Notes under the pieces: model-generated
What the model was told of the DNA's origin: nothing
The model's database searches: none
What the model saw: only the letters and a program-made list of their open reading frames with translations
In this document: positions 16,599 to 24,000 of the stretch, in pieces
How positions within the stretch are numbered: position 1 is the stretch's first letter
Layout: each line of letters begins with the position of its first letter
Assembly (NCBI GenBank): GCA_041191465.1
Contig: JBEEOV010000008.1
Coordinates: 148-24,147 of the forward strand
DNA: 24,000 nt
From: Pseudomonadota bacterium
GTDB taxonomy: Bacteria; Pseudomonadota; Gammaproteobacteria; Burkholderiales; Burkholderiaceae
Direction of reading: 5' to 3'
Translations under genes and position numbers: made by a program

Positions 16599-17357
16599 TT
16601 AAATTGAGGCTTTGATCCAAATCAAGCTAGCCATGCGTCCAGTCACCTGATCTCTACGATATGAGAAGAAATTCATATTCTTGTATGTGCAATCTTGGCC
16701 ACCATCTATTTCATGGATTCCCATGGCGTTTAGCCTATTCCTAGCTAGACCATAAATATCAGCCATGTATTTGCCAGCATGCTGACTTGGAATAAATAGT
16801 TTTGATACTTGTGGGTCATGCTCTACAAAGATAGTTCTAACTTCCTCACCTACCTCAAATGATTTTGGACCAATAGCGGCACCAAAATATGCTCTGATGG
16901 TTTGTTTTGTATGTTTAGTAATAATTTTTGATTGCATGGCTTGTATAGTTTTTTCTATCACGCCACTAGCCAAGCCACGCCATCCAGCGTGGACAGCCCC
17001 AATAACTGAACCACAATTGGATGTCAGTAGAATGGGCAAACAGTCCGCAGTCATAATGGCTAATACTTGATTTGCTCTAGTGGTGACAGCAGCATCAGCC
17101 GTAGGTATCGAGCAACCATCCCAATCATCCGCATCAAAGACTTCATGACCATGAACTTGATTCAGCCAAATTGGCCTATTAGGTAATTTACTGGTCAATT
17201 GATCTCTGTTTTTTTGAACAGCATTCAAATCATCACCAACATGGGTCGCTAGATTAAAACTCTCATACGGGGGCAGACTGAATCCACCTTTTCGATCCGT
17301 AAAGAGAATGTCTACGTTCGAAGGGATAGAGCCAGTATCAATAGAAACATCAAACAT
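16599..17357 (-). CDS. pgeF: Peptidoglycan editing factor PgeF (YfiH/DUF152 family)
   Basis: Family motifs TADCLPIL and HAGWRG are present. The order pgeF-rluD-bamD is conserved, as in E. coli yfiH-rluD-yfiO. The track start at 17360 is a TTG. The adjacent ATG at 17357 is preferred and overlaps the rluD stop by 8 nt. Confidence 0.9.
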   Translation of the reverse strand: MFDVSIDTGSIPSNVDILFTDRKGGFSLPPYESFNLATHVGDDLNAVQKNRDQLTSKLPNRPIWLNQVHGHEVFDADDWDGCSIPTADAAVTTRANQVLAIMTADCLPILLTSNCGSVIGAVHAGWRGLASGVIEKTIQAMQSKIITKHTKQTIRAYFGAAIGPKSFEVGEEVRTIFVEHDPQVSKLFIPSQHAGKYMADIYGLARNRLNAMGIHEIDGGQDCTYKNMNFFSYRRDQVTGRMASLIWIKASI

Positions 17358-18393
17358 CAAATGATTCCCAGTTCGGCCACAAATTAGAAGCGCTAAATCC
17401 TATCTTTTCACCCAGTTGTTGCATATCCGATGGTAGCGGAGCTTTCCAAATCATAGGTTCTTTAGTTCTTGGGTGTTCGATGCCCAGTACAGCTGCGTGC
17501 AAGGCTTGCCCTTGCCTTTCAAAGGCTAGTTCGGAAGCATCAGCTGGCAATTTCTTTTTATAGACTGGATCACCCACCAATGGATTACCAAGGGATTCAA
17601 GATGCACCCTAATTTGATGAGTTCTCCCTGTTTCTAAGCGACACATAACCAATGAGATTTTGGTTTTTTGAAATTCCACTGTTTCGAGTTGATGAACATG
17701 TGTGACAGCTGGCTTGCTTGCTGAGCCAGTCAATAAAGCCATTTTTAATCTGTCACGCGGGTCTCTGCCTAAAGAAGCATGAACAGTCTGAGACCTAACT
17801 TGACCCCATGCAAATGCTAAATATCGTCGTATAACTTGCCTGGATTGCAACTGACGAACTAGATCGGTTTGGGCTTCAAGCGTCTTAGCAATCATCAATA
17901 GTCCAGAAGTATCCTTATCTAGTCGATGGACAATACCTGCTCGTGGCACAGAGGCAATACTAGGGTAATGATGGAGTAAGGCATTTAGAACTGTGCCAGA
18001 CCAGTTTCCTGCCGCAGGATGCACAATCATGCCAGCCTGCTTAAGAATCACGAGGATATCCTCGTCTTCATAAACAATATTAAGAGAAATATTCTCAGGA
18101 AGGTAAGCTTGCTCCTCTGCGGTAGCCTGTGGAATCACAATAATTTGATCTCCAGCACTCACAGAGTATCTAATTTTTAAGGCATTTCCAGCCAGGGTCA
18201 CAAATCCACCCTCAATCCAAGATTGCAGACGATTCCTAGAATGTTGGGGTATTAATTGGGCTAAAACTTTGTCTAAACGCTCTCCTGCCAAATTATCTGG
18301 CACAACTACAGCAATAAACTCTTCCTCATCGATATAATGGGATGCATTGATCTCAGGAGAATCTGGTAATGCCAAAATTTGGTGCCCTTTCAT
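17350..18393 (-). CDS. rluD: 23S rRNA pseudouridine(1911/1915/1917) synthase RluD
   Basis: It has an S4-like N-domain (GERLDKVLAQL) and the catalytic motif HRLDKDTSGLL. The 5' end is uncertain. The ATG at 18393 overlaps the bamD start region. A TTG at 18375 and a GTG at 18303 are in-frame alternatives. Confidence 0.85.
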   Translation of the reverse strand: MKGHQILALPDSPEINASHYIDEEEFIAVVVPDNLAGERLDKVLAQLIPQHSRNRLQSWIEGGFVTLAGNALKIRYSVSAGDQIIVIPQATAEEQAYLPENISLNIVYEDEDILVILKQAGMIVHPAAGNWSGTVLNALLHHYPSIASVPRAGIVHRLDKDTSGLLMIAKTLEAQTDLVRQLQSRQVIRRYLAFAWGQVRSQTVHASLGRDPRDRLKMALLTGSASKPAVTHVHQLETVEFQKTKISLVMCRLETGRTHQIRVHLESLGNPLVGDPVYKKKLPADASELAFERQGQALHAAVLGIEHPRTKEPMIWKAPLPSDMQQLGEKIGFSASNLWPNWESFDV

Positions 18394-19232
18394 CTAAAAG
18401 TTACGTTAGTTTAAGTCCGAAATTAATTCATCTAGTTTCACTGTCCCTATTATTGATCACCGCCCTTCTATCAGGCTGTGCAGGTGATGCTAATGATGAG
18501 ACCGCTGGCTGGTCACAAAACAAACTATATGTTGAAGCAAAAGATGCCATGGATGGTGGCGACAATGCAAAATGTATTAAGTACTTTGAAAAGTTAGAAG
18601 CCAGATACCCTTTTGGGCCCTATGCGCAACAAGCACAAATTAACGTTGCCTACTGTCACTGGAAAGATGGTGAATTAGCGCAAGCGATTGTTGCGGTAGA
18701 TCGATTTATTCAGTTACACCCTGGTCACCCTAATGTTGACTATGCCTATTACCTCAAAGGCTTAATTACTTTTAACGACAACATGGGATTCCTTGGCAAG
18801 TTAACTGGGCAAGATTTGAGCGAGCGAGATCCAAGGGCTGCACGTGATGCCTTCGAAGCATTCAAGACCCTCACAACACGTTATCCGGAAAGTAAATATA
18901 CGCCAGATGCCTTGGATCGTATGCGCTACATCGTTAACTCATTGGCTGACAGTGATGTGAATACAGCTCGTTATTACTACCGCCGTGGTGCTTATTTAGC
19001 AGCAGTAAACCGTGCTCAAAGAGCCATCACAGACTATGACAGAGCCCCAGCTACGGAGGAAGCACTTTATATTCTTTATAAGTCGTATGAGGCCCTGAAC
19101 ATGAAGGATCTTAGTAATGATGCTTTGAGAGTGTTAAAGCTTAATTTCCCTAATAGCAAAATCTTGGTAACAGGTAAACGCGCTGATGCAGATGAAAATA
19201 AAGCATCCTGGTGGCAGATTTGGCGTAAATAA
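18369..19232 (+). CDS. bamD: Outer membrane protein assembly factor BamD (YfiO lipoprotein)
   Basis: 287 aa. It has a lipobox LLSGC after a hydrophobic signal segment and a TPR-like body. GGAGA lies 7 nt upstream of the ATG. It is divergent from rluD, as in E. coli. Confidence 0.9.
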   Translation: MPKFGALSSKSYVSLSPKLIHLVSLSLLLITALLSGCAGDANDETAGWSQNKLYVEAKDAMDGGDNAKCIKYFEKLEARYPFGPYAQQAQINVAYCHWKDGELAQAIVAVDRFIQLHPGHPNVDYAYYLKGLITFNDNMGFLGKLTGQDLSERDPRAARDAFEAFKTLTTRYPESKYTPDALDRMRYIVNSLADSDVNTARYYYRRGAYLAAVNRAQRAITDYDRAPATEEALYILYKSYEALNMKDLSNDALRVLKLNFPNSKILVTGKRADADENKASWWQIWRK

Positions 19233-19252
19233 ATATATATTTAGCCAGTCAT

Positions 19253-19280
19253 AAAAAGGAAGGTTAGACCTTCCTTTTTT
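19253..19280. terminator. Bidirectional rho-independent terminator between the convergent bamD and alr genes
   Basis: The sequence is AAAAAGGAAGGT-tag-ACCTTCCTTTTTT. A GC-containing 7-bp core stem (19258-19264 pairing with 19268-19274) is extended by A/T pairs. An A-run lies upstream and a T-run downstream. Confidence 0.75.
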
Positions 19281-19290
19281 ATTGTCATCT

Positions 19291-20433
19291 TCAGCTAGTT
19301 CTGGGTACTCTGGGCGCTAATGCACATAGCAACTCGTAGCCAATCGTTCCGGCAGATTGGGCTACCTCATCGACAGGCAAGAAATTTCCCCATAACTGGA
19401 CATCTGTACCAACATCTGCGTGGGGCATGTCAGTAATGTCAACAGTAATCATATCCATCGAGACTTGACCTGCCATTCGGCAAACTTTGCCATCTTTTAA
19501 ACCTGTAGGTCCTGCAACCCAAACAGGAGTTCCATCCGGCGCATGTCGTGGATAGCCATCTGCATAGCCACAAGCAACAATACCAATGCGAATCGGTACA
19601 TCAGTTCGATATCTCGAACCATACCCAACTGATTCATGGGCATCTAGATGTTGAATGCCAATTATCTTTGAATTTAAAGACATCACAGCATGCAGATTGG
19701 CATGCTTGATATCTTCATGTTTACCAGATGGCGATGCACCATAAAGCATGATTCCCGGTCTTACCCAATCTGAAAATACCATGTGGTGATGCCATAAGAC
19801 AGCCGCTGAATTTGCTAAAGATCTCTCGCCCGCAAATCCCTCAATAGCTTGATGAAAGAGCTCTGATTGCTCATCCACACTGGGTCTTCGATCAATGTAG
19901 TCGGCATTCGCGAAATGTGTCATATGAGAAATGACATATCCACTAGAGTGCAAGCGATGGTAAATCTCCCTGTACTCATTAGGTTTAAAGCCAAGACGAT
20001 TCATCCCAGTGTTCATTTTTAGATAAATCTTAGGTAAAAGACTGCTTGAGCCACGCTTGGCTTCACTGAGTGCTTCTAGCCAGTCTACTTGATCGATATG
20101 ATGAACTACGCAATCGCAATGAAGGTCTGATAATAAAAATATATCTTCTTGGCAAAATAGCCCCTCTAACAAGAGTATGGGGCCTTGCCAACCCATTTCG
20201 CGCAATAACTTCGCTTCAGCCAGGTCTAGTAAGGCAAATCCATCAGTGGTTTTTAAACCTTCTAAGGCGGGTATCAGCCCATGACCATAGGCATTGGCCT
20301 TAACTACGGACCATACTTTTGAACCGGGCACGAGTTCCCTGACCCGCTCCAAGTTGTGGCGCATGGCATCAGAATTTATGTGGGCATAGATCGGTCTAGA
20401 CAGAAAATACTCACTTTCGTGTTTTAATGACAA
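19291..20433 (-). CDS. alr: Alanine racemase
   Basis: It has the PLP-lysine motif VVKANAYGHG, plus GYADGYPR and VSMDM. The start is uncertain. The track start at 20475 is a TTG lying inside the divergent lplT coding region. In-frame alternatives are a TTG at 20433 and a CTG at 20403; the CTG would give the canonical M-SRPI N-terminus. Confidence 0.85.
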   Translation of the reverse strand: MSLKHESEYFLSRPIYAHINSDAMRHNLERVRELVPGSKVWSVVKANAYGHGLIPALEGLKTTDGFALLDLAEAKLLREMGWQGPILLLEGLFCQEDIFLLSDLHCDCVVHHIDQVDWLEALSEAKRGSSSLLPKIYLKMNTGMNRLGFKPNEYREIYHRLHSSGYVISHMTHFANADYIDRRPSVDEQSELFHQAIEGFAGERSLANSAAVLWHHHMVFSDWVRPGIMLYGASPSGKHEDIKHANLHAVMSLNSKIIGIQHLDAHESVGYGSRYRTDVPIRIGIVACGYADGYPRHAPDGTPVWVAGPTGLKDGKVCRMAGQVSMDMITVDITDMPHADVGTDVQLWGNFLPVDEVAQSAGTIGYELLCALAPRVPRTS

Positions 20434-20453
20434 CTCATAACTGAATTGTACGA

Positions 20454-21770
20454 ATGAAACCAGGTTTTTACACAATTATGGCGGCGCAATTTTTTTCGTC
20501 GCTCGCAGACAACGCGCTCTTAATTGCAGCCATTGCACTGTTATACCAGCTTCAAGCCCCGGCTTGGATGACGCCGCTCCTGAAACTTTTCTTTGTTCTT
20601 TCTTATGTAGTTCTTGCTGCTTTTGTGGGAGCCTTTGCAGATTCGCGCCCAAAGGGCAATGTTATGTTCTGGACCAATAGCATCAAGATTATTGGATGCC
20701 TAGCCATGTTATTTAGCGCACACCCTCTTATGGCGTACGCAATAGTTGGCTTTGGGGCTGCCGCGTATTCTCCTGCTAAATACGGTATTTTGACCGAGTT
20801 GCTGCCCCCGGAAAAATTAGTTGCTGCTAATGGTTGGATAGAAGGGTTAACTGTTGGGTCAATTATTCTGGGCACTGTATTTGGTGGTATGTTGATTTCT
20901 AATCAGCTATCTACACTTCTATTGGCGTTCGATCTCCCGGTTATCAATACAAGCATTGATACAGCACCTGAGGCGGCTATCTGTGTGATTGCATTTATCT
21001 ATTTAATTGCAGCAGCTTTTAATTTAAAAATTCCCGATACAGGCGCTGTCTATCCTCAACAAGAAACCAACCCCATTCGCCTCGTCAAAGATTTTGAACA
21101 CTGTTTTAGAACCCTTTGGACTGATCGCTTAGGTCAAATTTCTCTAGCTGTAACAACATTATTTTGGGGGGCTGGAGCCACTCTTCAATTCATAGTACTT
21201 AAATGGGCTGAATCTGCATTGGGTATGAATTTATCTGAAGGCGCCATCTTGCAGGCAGTTGTGGCTTTTGGTGTTGCTGGTGGAGCTGTGTGGGCTGCAT
21301 GGAGAGTTCCACTGAAAAAATCGCTCAACGTACTTATCTACGGTGTCTTAATGGGTGCCTTGGTAATGGTTTTGGCTATCTTTAGAAGAGATCTAATACC
21401 AGATGTTTCTATTGATTTGGGCATAATCAGCATGCCTTTATACCTACTCATTGCATATGTTTTCTTAATGACGATTGGCTGGATGTCTGGCTACTTTGTA
21501 GTTCCAATGAATGCTCTCTTACAGCATCGCGGTCATGTTCTTCTGTCAGCCGGTCACTCAATTGCAGTTCAAAACTTTAATGAAAACTTATCAGTTTTAG
21601 GGATGCTTTGTCTCTACTCATTACTAATTTGGTTAGAGGTTCCCGTCAGTTTTGTGATTGTCTTGTTTGGAAGTTTTGTTTGTTTATTAATGGTTTATAT
21701 CATTCGATGGCATAACCGAAATCAAATGGAATATGACTCACTCCATCTAATTGGTGAGCACAAGCACTAA
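20454..21770 (+). CDS. lplT: Lysophospholipid transporter LplT (MFS)
   Basis: 438 aa with about 12 predicted TM segments. The N-terminus FYTIMAAQFFSSLADNALLIAA is typical of LplT. Confidence 0.8.
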   Translation: MKPGFYTIMAAQFFSSLADNALLIAAIALLYQLQAPAWMTPLLKLFFVLSYVVLAAFVGAFADSRPKGNVMFWTNSIKIIGCLAMLFSAHPLMAYAIVGFGAAAYSPAKYGILTELLPPEKLVAANGWIEGLTVGSIILGTVFGGMLISNQLSTLLLAFDLPVINTSIDTAPEAAICVIAFIYLIAAAFNLKIPDTGAVYPQQETNPIRLVKDFEHCFRTLWTDRLGQISLAVTTLFWGAGATLQFIVLKWAESALGMNLSEGAILQAVVAFGVAGGAVWAAWRVPLKKSLNVLIYGVLMGALVMVLAIFRRDLIPDVSIDLGIISMPLYLLIAYVFLMTIGWMSGYFVVPMNALLQHRGHVLLSAGHSIAVQNFNENLSVLGMLCLYSLLIWLEVPVSFVIVLFGSFVCLLMVYIIRWHNRNQMEYDSLHLIGEHKH

Positions 21771-21787
21771 GCTACTCTGAGTTTGGG

Positions 21788-22285
21788 CTAGATCAGAGAT
21801 CTAGCTAATATCAAGTCCTGCCAGGTCTTAATCTTGTCTAATGGATTCTTTAACAAGTGATCTGGGTGGTAGGTCAGGACTACAGGTATCTCATCACCAG
21901 CATGTTCAAAAGAGTGAACTGCCCCCCTAAGCTCATTAAATGGCTCCTGTAGACCCAAAAGAGTTTTCCCTAGATTTGCACCCATTGCCACAACAATTTG
22001 CCCTTTGATGCCATCAACTTGGACTTTTGCGCTACTGACTAACTGGATGGTTGCACGAGTAAGCATCATTGAAGCCAAAATTTTGTCAAATAAGACGTTG
22101 CCAACCTCTGTTAACTCATCGATAACAAATGTCCATATGATCGGATCAGTATTAGTTAACTGTTGCTTTGATTGAGGCTCACTTGAATCAATTAAGACAT
22201 GGTCGTTTCTATTAGCCGCGACCTCTTCATCTTTAACCACCCATGTACTGATACCCATGGCATTTAAATAATCAACCTGACTCAT
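21788..22285 (-). CDS. Degenerate uracil-DNA glycosylase-superfamily (family-4-like) protein, probably non-catalytic; function unknown
   Basis: 165 aa. The C-terminal half matches the family-4 UDG end (LRGAVHSF...IPVVLTYHPDHLLKNPLDKIKTWQDL). The GE(A/G)PG..ED..G.PF motif is absent, and the protein has no cysteine at all, so there are no 4Fe-4S ligands. It lies immediately downstream of tsaB-rimI. Confidence 0.55.
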   Translation of the reverse strand: MSQVDYLNAMGISTWVVKDEEVAANRNDHVLIDSSEPQSKQQLTNTDPIIWTFVIDELTEVGNVLFDKILASMMLTRATIQLVSSAKVQVDGIKGQIVVAMGANLGKTLLGLQEPFNELRGAVHSFEHAGDEIPVVLTYHPDHLLKNPLDKIKTWQDLILARSLI

Positions 22286-22289
22286 ATGT

Positions 22290-22769
22290 TTATGACTTTA
22301 TTAAGGGTTTTTTCATGATGATAGCGTCTTCACGACCACCAGAAATCAATGGATAGTAATCTTTTCTCAAACCTACTTGCTGATACCCTAACTTTTGATA
22401 CAAGTTCTTAGCAGGTTGATTGCCACACCTAACTTCCAAAAAAATACTTTCTATTGACCGAGATAACGCAAGATCTTCCATAATTTCTAAAACCTTTTGT
22501 GCGTAACCTTTTTTTCTATAGCCAGGATGAACAGTTATATTCAAAAGTTCTAGTTCATTAACGCCAGGCAAAAGTACGCAATAGGCGATTAATTCATCAG
22601 GATCCTCATCACCCTCAGCAAGTCGACGTAAACAGTAAGCCCAATATCCCGCATTGAGTGAATCTAAAAAGTTACCTTTGGTCCAGGTAGACTGATGACT
22701 CAGGCTTTCAACCTCAATAACTTCATCGAGATCTCTGACTGCCATGGGTAAGAGTCGCACATTAATCAT
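22290..22769 (-). CDS. rimI: Ribosomal-protein-alanine N-acetyltransferase RimI (GNAT)
   Basis: 159 aa. It has the GNAT acetyl-CoA motif (VHPGYRKKGYAQKVL) and the conserved tsaB-rimI pairing. Confidence 0.9.
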   Translation of the reverse strand: MINVRLLPMAVRDLDEVIEVESLSHQSTWTKGNFLDSLNAGYWAYCLRRLAEGDEDPDELIAYCVLLPGVNELELLNITVHPGYRKKGYAQKVLEIMEDLALSRSIESIFLEVRCGNQPAKNLYQKLGYQQVGLRKDYYPLISGGREDAIIMKKPLIKS

Positions 22770-22778
22770 TTCAAAAAA

Positions 22779-23525
22779 CTACTTAGATGAATTTTGCAAG
22801 GCGGCTTGACTGCGTTCTGAAATAGTTTGAGCCACTTTATCTCTGACGTAGATAGGCTGTAAGTCCTCTGCGCTAACTTGCAAACCATTTGCTAATGCAT
22901 CAATAGCTAATGTAGCAATTGATCTTGCATGTGGAACTGCATCAGAATCCACAGCTATTGCTATTTTAGTTAATGTACTCATCTCGGCAGCATAATTTAT
23001 AGCTGCATTTCCAACTAAATAAAAAGCATCTTTCGGGCAATCGATATCTTGTGGTGATGTTAAATAAATGTCGCCTATTCTCTTTGGTAAACCATTGCTC
23101 TGAACAAGATAAATGGCCCAGTAAACTTCATTCATTCGCGCATCAACAGCAACTAATACGATTTCATCAGTAGCTATCCTTAAGCTCTGAATACCTTCTA
23201 ATGCAACCGCATCAAGGCAGACAATTGGTAAGCAAGGCAAGTCTGCGGCAAATGCCATACCCTGCCCTATACCAACACCAATTCTTATGCCCGTAAATGC
23301 TCCTGGACCGATTCCAACAGCTACAGCATCCAAATCTCTAAAATTTATATTGGCTTCTGTGAGTAATTGCTCGACCCAATCTAAAGCGTATTGACTAGAC
23401 TCAGGCCCGAGATTTTCATGACGTATCAATGACAAAGGGGACTGCGGATTTCCCGAGCCCCCTATTGGGTTGACCAAGGCCACAGAACACCACTGTGTTG
23501 AGGTGTCGATGGCCAGGATAGTCAA
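22779..23525 (-). CDS. tsaB: tRNA threonylcarbamoyladenosine (t6A) biosynthesis protein TsaB
   Basis: 248 aa. It has ILAIDTST and GPGAFTGIRIG. The TTG start is preceded by GAGGA at 7 nt and abuts the aceB stop. Confidence 0.9.
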   Translation of the reverse strand: MTILAIDTSTQWCSVALVNPIGGSGNPQSPLSLIRHENLGPESSQYALDWVEQLLTEANINFRDLDAVAVGIGPGAFTGIRIGVGIGQGMAFAADLPCLPIVCLDAVALEGIQSLRIATDEIVLVAVDARMNEVYWAIYLVQSNGLPKRIGDIYLTSPQDIDCPKDAFYLVGNAAINYAAEMSTLTKIAIAVDSDAVPHARSIATLAIDALANGLQVSAEDLQPIYVRDKVAQTISERSQAALQNSSK

Positions 23526-24000
23526 TTAGATTTCCTCGTACAAAGGCAAAGTTAAGAATTCTTCAAATTTTTCACTTGTACTCATTGTGTCAAAAATCTC
23601 TGCAGCACGATCCCAGTGACCAGTTGCGCCGCTTGCTTTAACTTTTGGCAATTCTTCAGCAATCAATTTGCGAACTAATTCAGCTGTCACTTTGGTACCA
23701 TCTTCCAACACACCTTTTGGTGAGCGAATCCATTGCCAAACTTGTGAACGGCTAATTTCAGCAGTAGCAGCATCTTCCATCAAATTGTGGATAGGTACAC
23801 AACCATTACCAGCCAACCACGCACCTAAGTAATGAATACCTACGTTGATGTTCATACGCAAACCAGCCTCAGTAATTGGTGTTTCTGGCTGGAAGTTCAA
23901 TAAATCAGCTGCTGAAACATTCACTTCAGGTTTTTGTTTTTCGAATTGGTTAGGTTTATCACCTAACACTTTTACAAACTCTGCCATGGCTGGCTCAACC
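23526..24000 (-). CDS. aceB: Malate synthase A, C-terminal part. The gene continues beyond the right edge of the window.
   Basis: The C-terminal region NLMEDAATAEISRSQVWQWI...FEEFLTLPLYEEI is collinear with the E. coli AceB C-terminus. The frame stays open upstream of the track's internal Met (23987) up to nt 24000. Confidence 0.9.
   Translation of the reverse strand, partial: VEPAMAEFVKVLGDKPNQFEKQKPEVNVSAADLLNFQPETPITEAGLRMNINVGIHYLGAWLAGNGCVPIHNLMEDAATAEISRSQVWQWIRSPKGVLEDGTKVTAELVRKLIAEELPKVKASGATGHWDRAAEIFDTMSTSEKFEEFLTLPLYEEI

Noticed and set aside
1-24000. A possible novel defence, mobile or accessory system somewhere in the window
   Set aside because: Essentially every ORF of 140 aa or more has a confident housekeeping family assignment, and the synteny blocks are conserved. 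I saw no integrase, transposase, tRNA attachment site, flanking direct repeats, CRISPR-like periodic repeats, toxin-antitoxin-sized gene pairs or nuclease/ATPase/STAND-type giants. Claiming a new system would not be supported by the sequence.

Overview
The window is densely packed with about 30 genes, almost all conserved housekeeping functions, and it reads as core chromosome. Gene order is Burkholderiales-like, with the blocks mltG-tmk-holB-ycfH(tatD), pgeF-rluD/bamD, tsaB-rimI and phaC-phaB-phaR. Together with a visibly AT-rich, tightly spaced genome, this suggests a streamlined Burkholderiaceae such as Polynucleobacter. That taxon call is an inference only.

From left to right the window contains:
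- A minus-strand run of ppiC-type PPIase (partial), bolA-family, yciB, msrB and selO.
- A PaaI thioesterase, followed by ygfZ and an NRDE-family gene.
- mltG, tmk, holB, a TatD/YcfH hydrolase, a secreted ankyrin-repeat protein and a DUF3293-like protein.
- A polyhydroxyalkanoate locus on the minus strand: phaC, phaB, phaR, rimO and a BktB-like thiolase.
- pgeF and rluD, divergent from bamD.
- alr, divergent from lplT.
- A degenerate UDG-fold gene, rimI, tsaB, and the 3' end of malate synthase A.

I found no rRNA, tRNA, CRISPR array, IS element, integrase, toxin-antitoxin pair or recognisable defence module. I cannot support a claim of a new multi-gene system here.

The observations most worth a second look are:
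1. A perfect 11-bp tandem duplication that frameshifts the 3' end of the TatD/YcfH gene. Deleting one copy restores a canonical C-terminus.
2. A cysteine-free, motif-A-less UDG-fold relic next to rimI. Its N-terminus resembles the clamp-loader-binding peptide of DNA polymerase III psi.
3. A phaA-less, phasin-less PHA locus with rimO embedded in it.
4. Several extreme gene-packing features: zero-spacer TAA|TTG junctions and head-to-head overlapping starts.
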